NCBI RefSeq assembly: GCF_011386835.1 | Contig: NC_088810.1 | Span: 248,001 to 312,000, forward strand | Direction of reading: 5' to 3' | From: Chrysemys picta bellii | Taxonomy: Eukaryota | DNA: 64,000 bases | In this document: one piece after another, positions 44,001 through 55,459 of the stretch | How the letters are laid out: every line of letters begins with the position of its first letter | How positions within the stretch are numbered: the stretch's first letter is position 1 | Made by a program: the position numbers and the translations under genes | The notes under the pieces: model-generated | Database searches by the model: none | What the model was told of the DNA's origin: nothing | Seen by the model: the letters and a program-made list of their open reading frames with translations, nothing else

Positions 44001-47000
44001 CGGCCTCGGTTAGTGGCTCGTCCGCACTGCCGTGATATAAACCCGTTCGACTCGCTCGCTTGGTCTGTCGCCAGCCCGAGACAGCGACGAAGGAACTCAG
44101 CGGCCCGTGGCTCCGTCCCCAGGCTGGGTTATCCCCGCAGCGCTGCGAGACGTCCCGTAGGAACTTCGTACGTGAGGGTCTCCGCGTGCTGCTGCCACTC
44201 ATGCCGCACGGCTGGGTCTCCAAGCACCAGTAGCTATCTCAGTGCGCCTGTCCCCAGGAGTGGGATTGGCTTAATTCTGGGGTGTGACTTCGTCGGGCTC
44301 CGGACCAGCCCGCTGGGTCGCCCTGGGGGTGACGTGCACAGCAGAGCTACTCATCCCGATGGCTTTGTAAGGCACCACTGAACGTGTCGGCTCCTGTGGC
44401 CCCGAACGCGCTGGTCGTACGCAGCCTTCGTTAAGAGCCCGTTCCCCAGCTCGTCGGGCATTGTCCGGCTGGGACGTGTAACCGTTTATCTGGGATGTTT
44501 CCGTGGCCAGCAGCATAAAGCTGAGAAAAGCGCAGCGTGCGGGTGGTCTGCGCATACGGGTCACACCAGGATCGGGTGAGCCTTGAACACTGGTTCCTTG
44601 GCAGGTCCGTGCCCCAGCTCACGGCTAGGCCCTGCAGTGTGTAGCAGAGACGCTCCTGTCAGCCTGGTCCGTCCAGCCCCCGGAGCGGCAGCCGTGAAGT
44701 CGGGGGAAGAATTCTTCCATGGCCTTAGCCGCATTCACACCGGGGCCCCTTGTCCTGGCTCGGGGTGTGAAATTCACGGAGCTGGGGCGGGCTGGTTTGT
44801 AGGTGTAGACCAGGCGTCGGACTCTCCGAGATCCTCACAGGAGCGAGTCCCTGTCTAGAGAACCCCCGGCCAGCCGAGAGCCCCGGGGGCCCCGCGCAGA
44901 TCACACTGCGGCTGCATGCAGGCGGCGCGCTCGGAGCTGTCCACAGGCCCTTACGGGCAGGCGCCCCGGGCAGCGACAGAGCCTCAAGCTGAGGGGGCTG
45001 TTGGCAAAGGCTGGGAACAGGTCCCGGTTCCGGATCCTGCACCGGCTCGGTCGCCGTTACCCAGTGGCAGCACCGGAGCTTGGGGGCAGCATCAGCCACT
45101 GGGTCTGCTTCGCATCCAGGCCCAAAGCACAGACACCGAAGGGGAAGGGACTCGGGTGTCGGGCTGGCCACTGGCAGTGGGGCCTGGGCCGGCCACTGGT
45201 CATTCCCCAGCATCGTGCTCCGGAGAGCAGCCGAGAGGCCTGGCCTGCCCATGGGGGATGTTGACTGCAGGCTGGTTAGAGACCCCCCCCCCGGGACTCC
45301 TCAGAGCCCCCCCATCCCCTCTCCATACCCCCCATGGCTTCCATCCCTCCAGGGACTCTCCATAGGTCTCCCCCACCTCCCAGGGACTGCCTCAGAGCCC
45401 CTCCATCGCCCCCATCTCCCCATGGCCTCTATCCCTCCAGGGACTCCCCCACCTCCCAGGGACTGCCTCAGAGCCCCTCCATCGCCCCCATCCCCCCATG
45501 GCCTCTATCCCTCCAGGGACTTCCCCCACCTCCCAGGGACTGCCTCAGAGCCCCCCCATCGCCCCCATCCCCCTCTTCCATACCCCGCAGGGCTTCCATC
45601 CCTCCAGGGATTCCCCATAGACTCCCCCACCTCCCAGGGACTGCCTCAGAGCCCCTCCATCGCCCCCATCCCCCCATGGCCTCTATCCCTCCAGGGACTC
45701 CCCCACCTCCCAGGGACTGCCTCAGAGCCCCTCCATCGCCCCCATCCCCCCATGGCCTCTATCCCTCCAGGGATTCCCCCACCTCCCAGGGACTGCCTCA
45801 GAGCCCCCCCATCCCCCTCTCCATACCCCCCATGGCTTCCATCCCTCCAGGGATTCCCCATAGACTCCCCCACCTCCCAGGGACTGCCTCAGAGCCCCTC
45901 CATCGCCCCCATCCCCCCATGGCCTCTATCCCTCCAGGGACTTCCCCCACCTCCCAGGGACTGCCTCAGAGCCCCTCCATCGCCCCCATCCCCCCATGGC
46001 CTCTATCCCTCCAGGGACTTCCCCCACCTCCCAGGGACAGTCTTGGAGAACCCCCATGGACTGCCCCGGGGACCCCCAACCCGTCAGCCCCCAGGGGGAG
46101 CCAGAGGGTGATCCCTCCCCAAACCCCATAGCCCCCCTCATTTCCCAGCCCAGGACTACTGCTCTGTCCACAGGGACCTCCTGGGGTCCCCCCAAGCCCC
46201 AGCTCCCCCCAACACTAACCTCTCCTCAACTCTCTTCCTTGCAGCCCCGGCGACCACCCTGGGCCCAAGGACCGCTGCCCCCCCCCGGGCTCAGGCACAG
46301 GGCCTCCCCCAGCCACAGCGGCGCCCAGCACCCCACAGGTCCTGGGCTGGGTGGTGGCGGGGGTCGTGGTTGGGATTTTGCTGACCGGAGCTCTGGGAGC
46401 CGTGGTCATCTACCACCTCGTCCTGCGCAGGTCGGACCTGGCCGGAGGGTAAGCGGGGGGGTGGGGGGGTAGGATGCTTGGGTTCTCTTTGGCTCTGGAA
46501 GGGGAGCGGGGTCTAGTGGTTAGAGTTGGGGGGGGGGGGAGGCGAGGCTGGGAACCAGGATGCCTGGGTTCTCTCCCTGGCTCTGGGAGGGGAGTGGGGT
46601 GTAGTGGGTTAGAGCGGGAGGGAGGAGGGGGGCTGGGAGCCAGGACACCTGGGTTCTTTTCTCCTGGTGAGGTGGGGTGGGGATTCCCTTGGGATTATCA
46701 TGTTAGCTCCCGGCTCTGTTTAGCTCCACAGGAAAACTGGATCCCAAAGGGAAGAAACCACCAAGATCTGCCAGGGGTGAGTCACAGTCCTGATGTGGGG
46801 CTTGGGGGTGGGGCTGAGAACCCGGACGCCTGGGTTCTATCTCCCATTCTCTCTCCAGATGACACGGAGCCGATTTACGAGGTGATGGAGTCTCCGTTGG
46901 AGTTGCCCCAGCCAGAGGGGAGAAACCCCGAAACTGACCCCCAACCCCCCCCGGTGAGTGAGACTGGGCTAGGCACTGCCCCCCTGGGGACCCCATGGGC

Positions 47001-47443
47001 ACTGCCCCCCTTGAACTCCTGGCATGCTGCCCCCCGGTCACTGCCAGGTACCGCCCTCCCCATCCCCCCCCCCCCGCCCACAGAGCCTGCCCCCCTTCCC
47101 CACAAGCTCCTGGGTCAGAGCCTCTCCCTGGGGTCTGTTCCCGGCCAGTGGGCTGGGGGGCAGGAGGTATCCTGGAGGGGGCTGGGGTCAAGGGCAGGTT
47201 ATAACGACTCTCTCTCCCCTCCCCCATGTCTTGCAGGCCGTGCCCTTGCCTCCCCAGCCAGACCCCAACTACACGGTGAGTCCCCCAAGTTCAGCTTCCT
47301 GGGGGAGGGGGGGGGAACGAGGGGCTGGGCGGGTCCATGCGTCCGGGATCCTCCCCCACGTCTGTCTGTCCCTAATGGCCCCTCTCCCCTGGCAGGAGCT
47401 GCTGCAGCGAGCCGAGTCCGTGTACGCCCAGATCCAGAGGTGA
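41067..47443 (+). CDS. CEACAM19: CEA-related cell adhesion molecule 19 (leader, one N domain, stalk, TM, Tyr-motif tail); about 285 aa after correcting an apparent 1-base frameshift
   Basis: Exons 41067-41118, 41907-42272, 46245-46448, 46724-46776 (53 nt), 46859-46953, 47237-47275, 47396-47443; probable non-coding exon ending at donor 40406/7. N domain FDWYRG...TRIFSYFPGQDRPQRNG...VGFPNGSLLLRGAQANDSGIYQVA and tail IYEVMESP ... YTELLQRAESVYAQI closely match human CEACAM19. ATTAAA at 48012-48017. Confidence 0.85.
42520..44950 (-). mobile_element. Probable heavily decayed hAT-family transposase remnant in a CEACAM19 intron
   Basis: Minus-strand fragments across frameshifts, in the expected order: LGLATDQAS (DDE-like), PHKTRWL/SWLTPARRF (TRW motif), IPPEHW, WES..D, IQPVRNACCQLSF (resembles the hAT dimerization P-x-S-x-A-x-x-E-R-S-F). 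No TIRs identified. Includes a 27-bp tandem duplication at 43873-43926. Confidence 0.4.
45290..46040. repeat. About 60-bp minisatellite in a CEACAM19 intron
   Basis: About 12 units of CCCACCTCCCAGGGACTGCCTCAGAGCCCCTCCATCGCCCCCATCCCCCCATGGCCTCTATCCCTCCAGGGA. Confidence 0.95.
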
Positions 47444-48199
47444 CGCCAGCCGCAGAGTCCACTGGGGGGAACCCCCCAACAGGGAACCGCCCAGGGATGC
47501 CCCCTGCCGTGGGGAACCCCCCCAACGAGGAGCCACCCAGGGACACCCCCCTGCCATGGGGAACCCTCTGAGGGTCCCTGCAATTGGGATCCCTGACCAC
47601 AAGGACCCCACCCATGGGGAACACACACAGAAAAACTGGGGTACTGTCCCAGGCAGCTCCACCCACACAGAGCCTGAGCACCCCCCAGTGGGGTACCCCT
47701 CAGCAAACCTGGGAACCCTCCACAGCACCCTTGACCCTCCCAAAGGGACCCGCTCCCGGCATCCATGGAAACCCCTAGAGACACCCCCCTCATTATCCAT
47801 GGGGAACCCCCCAGGAGAACTCCCACCCTCAGCCTGCAGGCCAGACCTCACACCCTGGGGATCCCCCCATCAGCATTTCCAGGGAACCCCCTCACCCCCA
47901 AACCCAGCCTCCCGGGGCCCTCCAACGCCGGAGCCTGGATCAAACCGCTGGAGGAAGAGCTGAGCTGCAGGCCGGTGCTGGGAGCAGATGGGGGGCACCC
48001 CCAGCCCCACTATTAAACCTTGTTCCTCTGCCATAGTCTCCCTTCTACTCTGCTCTGGCTTGGGGGGCGCAGGGGGAGATGGGGGGTGGGATGGAGACTT
48101 AGGGGGCTGCCATTACACAGAGACCCCTCCCTGCCCCCCTGTGCCTGACTCTTTCCCCCCCCCACCCCAGTGCCAGGCTGAGATCAGCTGCCAAAGACT

Positions 48200-48205
48200 T
48201 TTATT
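48200..48205 (-). terminator. Poly(A) signal of CEACAM-like gene A
   Basis: AACCTCAATAAAAG on the minus strand; the same 14-mer occurs at 54378-54391 for gene B. Confidence 0.75.
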
Positions 48206-48317
48206 GAGGTTCAGTGGGGGTGGGGAAGGGGGGGGCTGGGATGGGAGGGGGAGAGACTGGTCACTCTCTCCCCAATTCTTGCTGGCCCAGTTGGGGGTGA
48301 ATCCTGGCTCCATCCGG

Positions 48318-49595
48318 TCAACCTGGAAAAGACGAGACTTCATCAGGGGGAAGGGTCACAACCCCCCCGAATCCCCTACCGAGCCTCCCTGCCCCATGGT
48401 GCCCCCTGCTGAGACCCCTGCCCCGTCCTTGCCTCCATGGCGCCCCCGTTGCTCTTACCAGAGACCTGCAGGCGCCCGAAGGCCTCGGAGTAGCGCCCGC
48501 CGGCCTGGAAGACGAGGGTATAGTCCCCACTGTCCTGGGGGGTCACCCCTGTGATGCGCAGGGAGCAGTCGTTGGCAGGCGTTTCCCGCCCAGTGAAGGC
48601 CGGACCCCGGTGCAGCTCCCACGGGGGCACAAAGATCAGGATCTGCTGGGACTGTGCTGTGGTGAGTCCTCGGTACCAGGCGCAGAGCTGGGCAGGTCCC
48701 TGCATCCCCTGCACGGCCAGGGTCACGGCCTGCCCCACACGGGGCTGGGGGGGCACTGGCATCAGGGTGACACTGGCCCCGGCAGGCAGGAGGCTGGAGA
48801 ACAGGACACAGACTGGGGGCGGGGGGGAGGGTGGAGAGTACATCAGAAGTGGGATGCGCCCAGCTCTGCCGTGCCCCTCAAGCCTGACCCGCAGCCCCCT
48901 GCTAGCCCAGCCCTGCCCCCCCAGCCCTGCCGGTGCCCCTCACTCCCGACCCGCAGCCCCCTGCTAGCCCAGCCCTGCCCCCCCAGCCCTGCCGGTGCCC
49001 CTCACTCCCGACCCGCAGCCCCCTGCTAGCCCAGCCCTGCCCCCCTCCCCCAGCTCTGCTGGTGCCCCTCACTCCTGACTCGCAGCCCCTGCCAGCCCAG
49101 CCCTGGCTCCCCCCCAGCTCTGCCGGTGCCCCTCACTCTGGACCCGCAGCCCCCTGCCAGCCCAGCCCTGCCCCCCTCCAGCTCTGCCAGTGCCCCTCAC
49201 TCCTGACCCGCAGCCCCCTGCTAGCCCAGCCCAGCCCTGCCCCCCTCCGCCAGCTCTCCTGGTGCCCCTCAACCCTGACCCACAGCCCCTGCCAGCCCAG
49301 CCCTGCCCCCCTCCAGCTCTGCCAGTGCCCCTCACTCCTGACCCGCAGCCCCCTGCTAGCCCAGCCCAGCCCTGCCCCCCTCCGCCAGCTCTCCCGGTGC
49401 CCCTCAACCCTGACCCACAGCCCCTGCCAGCCCAGTCCTGCCCCACCCCCCCAGCTCTGATGGTGCCCCTCACTCCCCACCTGCAGCCCCTGCCAGCCCA
49501 ACCCTGGGCTCCCTCCTGCCCTCACCTGCCAGGATTCGGCCCATCCAGGCGGTGCCCCACGGGGGGCAGGGGTTGGTGCCGGAGAGTCCCCCCAT
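48318..49595 (-). CDS. CEACAM-like gene A: leader + single IgV/N domain, predicted secreted, 142 aa
   Basis: Leader exon 49595-49526 (MGGLSGTNPCPPWGTAWMGRILA); N exon 48812-48459 (VCVLFSSLLPAGASVTL...LCAWYRG...GPAFTGRETPANDCSLRITGVTPQDSGDYTL...RLQVS); last exon acceptor at 48322 gives G-stop (48320-48318). All introns phase 1 and GT-AG. Confidence 0.8.
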
Positions 49596-49952
49596 GGTCC
49601 TGTGTGTTGTGCGAATGTTGCTGGTGCTGCGTGAGGCAGCCAGGCTGGGTGGGATGGGGTCTGAGGGGAGTGGGGGGGCGGGGCGGTTGCCTAAGAGGCC
49701 TGAACAGGGAGAGGATGTTGGGTAAGAAACCCACAGAGCAACGGAGCCCTGCCCCCTCCCCCTCCCATCCCTGAACTGCCCCGGTGCTCCCCAAGCTCCC
49801 TGGCCTCTCCCCTCAGCACTGGGGGGGCAATATCAGGCATATGAATGCACCCGTCTGGGCCACAGAGGGGCAAGTAGCCAGGCCTCCCCGTGGCTTCCCC
49901 CCCTGAAAAAGTGAGAATTTTCTGTAATAGTTTTATGAATCCTGCCCGTGCC

Positions 49953-50075
49953 CAGGGTGACCAGACAGCAAGTGTGAAAAATCGGGACGGGGGTGGGGGG
50001 TAATAGGAGCCTATATAAGAAAAAGACCCAAAAATTGGGACTATCCCTATAAAATCGGGACATCTGGTCACTCTA
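49953..50075. mobile_element. hAT-type MITE, 123 bp
   Basis: TIRs CAGGGTGACCAGA / TCTGGTCACTCTA; perfect 8-bp TSD CCCGTGCC (49945-49952, 50076-50083). Confidence 0.85.
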
Positions 50076-50687
50076 CCCGTGCCTCAGTTTCCCTCTGGAC
50101 TGGAAAAAGGGCTCAGTCCCCTGCTAGAGCCGCGCAGGCGGCGGGAGTCTGTGGCGAATGGGCTGGTCCAGGCAGACAAAGTGCCACCCTGAGGATTGAC
50201 CCCCCCCCCCGGCAGCAGGACACCCCCGAGAGAGGGGCCGGGGAGCCAGCCATGGACGTGATCACGGCTGGGCTGGCTCATCACAGCGCCGGCCTGGCTG
50301 GGCCATGGCTAACGGCTGCCTCTCTGGGCCGGCCCCAGGCCCCGGGCCTGCAGCCGGGGGCTGAGTGGGGCCCCAGGCTCTGCACAGGGGCTGGGGTCAC
50401 TGCCACTGCCCCAGGGGCCTTGCGCCTGCAGGGTCTGGCTGGGCCGGACTCCGGCAGGGACCCTCAGGGGAAGGGGGGGGGGCTGTTGCTGGCGGTCCAG
50501 TCCTGGAGCCCACGGCCCTCTGCCCAGCCCTGGGGGTCCCTGGGGCCTGGCCCAGTCAGGGGTCGCGCCCAAGAGGCTGGTTGCAAGCTGGGGCATAGGC
50601 CAGACCCTGTGACTCCCCCCCCCCGGCCCTTCCCCCTCTGCCCCCCTTCTCCCCCTCCACCCCCTGCCCACTCTTCTCTCCCCCACT

Positions 50688-50902
50688 CAGGGCCGGCTCC
50701 AGGGTTTTGGCCGCCCCAAGCAGCCAAAAAAATAAAGCCGCGAGCGCGATCTGCGGCGGCAATTCGACGGGAGGTCCTCCGCGCCGAGCGGGAGTGAGGG
50801 ACCGTCCGCCGAATTGCCGCCGAATAGCTGGACGTGCCGCCCCTCTCCGGAGGGGCCGCCCCAAGCACCTGCTTGCCCGGCTGGTGCCTGGAGCCGGCCC
50901 TG
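50688..50902. mobile_element. hAT-type MITE, 215 bp (same family as 63471-63719)
   Basis: Perfect 16-bp TIRs CAGGGCCGGCTCCAGG / CCTGGAGCCGGCCCTG; TSD CCCCCACT / CCCCCACC (7/8). Confidence 0.85.
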
Positions 50903-53900
50903 CCCCCACCCCAGAGGTCCTGTGCCCTTCCCCCCTGCTGCCCCCCACCCCGGGCGGCCTGCCCCCCACCCCTGCAGCACTGCCTGCCCCTCCTCCCCCA
51001 TGCCCCCCCCCGGGAATCCCTCAATCTGTGGGTTCCTTACTTAACCCTCTCCCCCATATGCTGCCCCCAGGAAATGGGGCAGAACGGGGCAGCTCGAAGA
51101 AGGGGCGGGGACTGGCAGGTGAGCTGGGGGGGGCAATGGGTTCAGCTCTCGCTCCCAATTCCCTACTTTGGGTGAACTGAGCATGCCCAGTAACCTTCGC
51201 TGTCGCCACTGCCCTCTCTCTGCCCTCACTTCTGCTGACGATTTGCTGCCTCCTCTTTGGGGGGGTTAAAGGGATTCAGGGGGCAAATCGCCGCGGGGGC
51301 TGTCCGGGTCTGAGCAGGGGGCAGAAATTTACTGGCCAGGGGGGCTCAAGCTACTGTAGCTAGCGGCAGAAGAGGGGCCGAAGGGGAAAACTCGGGGGTG
51401 GGGGGTGGGGTTAAGCCGTGGGGGGGGAGGAGACACTGCCAGACCCCGTGCGGGTACAAAACCCCCGTTTAGGGAGGGGGGAACAGTGACCCCGTGGGAT
51501 GGGGCACCCGCTGTGCTCGCTAATCTGGGGGGGGGGGCAGAGGCGGTTTTCGCTGCAGGTCAGCCCCCCCCCCCCAGCAGGGGGCGGGTCCCTGGGACTG
51601 GGGTCTTAAAGGCACAGGCCAATTCCTAGCCTGTCAAAGCTTAATCCCCGCAGCTCCTCTCTATCCTATACAAGTGTTGCAGGGCTGCCCGGGGGGGCAA
51701 GTGGGGCAATTTTCCACAGGGGCCCCCACGAGTATGTCGGAGGCTGCCCCCACCCCCGTCTTCCCCCAAGCCCCTGTGTCTCAGCGTGCCGCGTCCGGGA
51801 GCGGCCCTGGCGCGCTGCAGCGCCATGGCTCCAACGCTGTCCGAGGCTGCTCCTGGACGCTGAATCCTCTGGGCAGCCCTGTGTAGGGCTATGTTACTGC
51901 TCCAGCCAGGAGACTGAATGCGGTGAAATATTGTACAGACCCTCCCTCCCTCCAACTCTGCCTCTCACATTTTGAATATGTAAAAGTGTCTTCTATCAGT
52001 TTCTATGTCTATATGAAATCGCTGCAGCTCCTTTCTCTTATATAACGTGCTGAGTTGCTAACTCCCTCCCAGAGCCCACATATCCGCACCCCCTCCTGTA
52101 CCCCAATCCCATGCCCCAGGTCAGAGCCTGCACCCCTCACTCAAACTCCCCATAGCCTGCAACCCTCCTGCACCCCAACTCCATCCCAGAGCCTGCACCC
52201 CAAAAAGGGCTGGATTAACCTTTTGTGGGCCTGGAGCTAAACATATTTGTGAGCCCCCATGGGGGAAATGGGGACATGGGGCAGGGGGGCAGAGTCCTCA
52301 GAGCGACGGGCTGGCCGGGGGCAATGGGAGATGAGATGGGTCATGGCACGGCAGGGACAGCCCCGTTCCACCCAGCGCAGTACAAGGGCACTGTTTACAA
52401 ACCGGGAGCTGCCAGACGCACACTGGCCAGCCCGACCCTGCGCTCCCATCGTGCTTCTTCCACTTCGGGGCAGTCCCATGCTGCACCATGCTACCCCGTG
52501 CCCAGCACCCCTCTGACTCCCTACGCCCAGTGCCACACCACCCAGAGACCCCCACAAACCTCCATGCCCAGTGCCCTCCCACAGACCACTCCCCCACCCA
52601 CTCAGAACCCCCCCACAGGTCCTCTCACTGCCCAGTGCCCCCTAGCTGGAGACCCCCCACAGCCCTCCCACAACTGCACAGTGCCCTGCACCTCCCCGCT
52701 CAGAGCCCCCCACAGATTCCCTCACTGCCCAGTGCCCCCCACCACCCCACTGCCACAACTGCACAGTGCCCCGCACAGACCCCCCCACACACTTCCCAGC
52801 ACCCCGTCACACACAGATCTCCCCACTGCACAGCGCCCCCAACACACACAGATCTCCCCACCCCCCACTGCACAGCACCCCCCCAGACCCACTAGAGACC
52901 TACTCTCCCACACCCTAACCCCCAGCCACAATACCCGGCCCTGATGGGAGGTGACTGTGTCTGCCAGGCTGAGCCGGCAGCGCAGCCAGAGCTGGTCCTG
53001 GGGCAGGATAACTCCGGCCCTTGGGGGTGCAATCAGCCAGGCTGGAGCAGGAGCAGGGCCTACCCGGGCCAGGCTCCCTCAGGACCCACATGCCTGGCAG
53101 GACCCAGCTGAGCCGCCGTCCCCTGTGACTGGCTGAGACTGGCCCAGCCTCTGCACCAGTCCCGGGTGGCTCTTTCCCTGGGGGGGCAGGTGGGGCCCCA
53201 CAGGTCCCAGGCAGTGGAGACAGCTCAGAGCTGGAGCAGTGCTGGGGAGTGGGGCAGATCCCTGGGACGTGACTCCCGAGATCCCCCCCACACCCGTTGG
53301 CCCCGTGGCCAGCAGCCCTGCCGAGCCCACATGGTGGCCCCCAGCTGCTGGGTGATGAGCCCCCTACAGCAGCGGCATAGCCAGGTTCTCACATCAGGGA
53401 TTTCGTGTATAGTGAGTGTATTATATACAAAACAGGTAGTAGGGTTTACAATGTTATAACAAGAGGTTATGCTATTACCATTCTCCAGTCAACTTGCACA
53501 CCACTCTTTTGAATTAGTGATAACTGAGAGAGAGAGAAAGAAAAAAGCTGAATTTAGAGAATAATTATTAACCAGATTCTTGGTTATTCACTAGCCACTT
53601 TGCTCCAGTCCACAGCACACAGCACCATAAACCCAGTAGAATCTGGCCAAGAGAATATTCACCTCCAATTGGCATCTGCTACACCCCCCCCCATATCCCA
53701 GTCCCCACTATTCAGGAGATAGCAATCGCCAATAGATCAGTTTGGCACATTAGCCAGGAGGAAGCAGATCGTGAGTGTTTTTGATCACAAACCCCATCCC
53801 TCCTGATTCGCAGCCCCATGGACCAGGCGGTAGCAAGTAGCCCAGATGGGCACGTTGCTGGCGGAAACCGCACCCAGTTGCAAAACGGGAAGGTTTCTAT

Positions 53901-54379
53901 ACGTGTCGTCACACCTGGGACGCAGAATGAGCCCCCTCCCCCCGCCCGCCACGGGTCTATGTGTAGCCAGGCGGGTGCCTGCCGGGGGGGGGGGAGAGCG
54001 TGTTCTAGGGGTTAACGCTGCCCCCCCCAGGCTGGAGTTTGTGCAGAGGTGCGAGGCTGGGACCTGGGGCCTCTACGATCTGCTCCCCCCAACCTTGTCT
54101 GCGGGTGGGAGGGGGCGATAGGGGAGGTTCCCCTTTGGGAATCTCCAGCCCCCCTGGTTCCGCGGCGCCCCTGGAGCAGGGGGGGTCACCTGCTCCCTGC
54201 TGGGGGCCAAGAGCAACCTGGCGACGGCGGGGGGGAGAGAGACCCGGGACCGCCCATCACACAGCCCCCCCCCCCGCCTCCCCCATGCACCTGGCCCCTC
54301 TACAGGTGGGGCCTGTCCCCGGCCCCCCATTTACCTGCCCCCCGACACAAACTCCAGGCTGCGGCTCAGTTCCGAGGCT

Positions 54380-54385
54380 TTTATT
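54380..54385 (-). terminator. Poly(A) signal of CEACAM-like gene B
   Basis: AATAAA on the minus strand about 210 nt after the stop. Confidence 0.75.
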
Positions 54386-54591
54386 GAGGTTATTGGGGGG
54401 GAGGGAGATTTGGGAGGGGTCTGGGGGAGGGACGTTGGGGGGAGTGGGGGAGGGGCCTGGGGAAGGGGGGAGGGAAGAAAGGGGTTGGGGTGGGGGAAGG
54501 GCGGTGAGGGGGATTTGGAGGGAAGGGGCTGGGATCCGGTAACAGCTCCAGGACCTCCGGGTCGGGGGCAGCAAATCCGGACATCGCCCGG

Positions 54592-55459
54592 TCACCCTGC
54601 GAACAAAGAGAGCATAAGTGGGAGACAGCCCCCCCCCATGGAGCAACTTGCTGCCCAACCCCCTTCCCCCACGGCGCCCCCCTACCAAGCACCCCCACCC
54701 CACTCCCTGCCCCATGGCGCCCCCTGCTGAACCCCCACCCTGACCCACAGTGCTCTCTGCTGAGCCCCCCACCCCGTCCTATGGAGCCCCCTGCTGAAAC
54801 CCCCACCCCACCCCACGGTGCCCTCTGCTGAGCCCCCCGTCCCACAGTGCCCCCTCTGAGTCCCCCGCCCCACAGTGCCCCCTCTGAGCCCCCCACCGTG
54901 CCCCTTCTTGCTCTTACCGGCGAGCTGCAGGCGCACGAAGAGCGCTTGGGACCGACCCCTGGCGCGGATGACGAGGGTGAAGCTCCCGTTGTCCTGGGGG
55001 GTTAACCCCACAATGCGCAGGGAGCAGTCGCCCCCCAGGGTTTCGCGCCCCGTGGACGCCGGCCCCTGGCTCTGCGTGTCCGGGGAGGTGAAGGTCAGGA
55101 TCCGATCGGTCTCGGATGTGGAGCTTCTGCGGTACCAGGTGCAGCTCTGGGCGACTCCCCGGGCCCCCCCCACCAGCAGGGTCACCGTCTGCCCCACAGT
55201 CGGGTGGGGGGGCACCACTGCCACCCCAAAATCAACAGCGCCGGCCAGTGGGAGGCAGGAGAACAGGACACAGACTGCGGGGGGGGAAGGGCGGGAGGAC
55301 GTCAGAAATGGGAACCCCCCAGCTCTGCTGGTGCCCCTCACTCCCGACTCGCAGCTCCTTCCTATCCCAGTCCTGCCCCCCTCACTCACCTGCCAGGATT
55401 GGGCCTGTCCAGGAGCTGGCCCAGGTGTGGGCGTGGGGGGCACCTGGGAGATGCCCCAT
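54592..55459 (-). CDS. CEACAM-like gene B: leader + single IgV/N domain, predicted secreted, 143 aa
   Basis: Leader exon 55459-55390 (MGHLPGAPHAHTWASSWTGPILA; 70 nt as in gene A); N exon 55274-54918 (VCVLFSCLPLAGA...SCTWYRR...GPASTGRETLGGDCSLRIVGLTPQDNGSFTL...RLQLA); last exon acceptor at 54596 gives G-stop (54594-54592). Confidence 0.8.

Noticed and set aside
43551-44381. 276-aa plus-strand ORF as a nested gene
   Set aside because: No recognisable domain and a non-ATG start; the motif-bearing frames are on the opposite strand and are broken.
53380-53960. AT-richer block with a faint LINE ORF2-end resemblance
   Set aside because: Similarity is too weak to name; it needs a repeat-library search.
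48318-55459. Calling genes A and B CEACAM16 or IGSF23
   Set aside because: No constant-type Ig exons, no second N domain and no TM; I cannot recognise orthology from the sequence, so no symbol is given.
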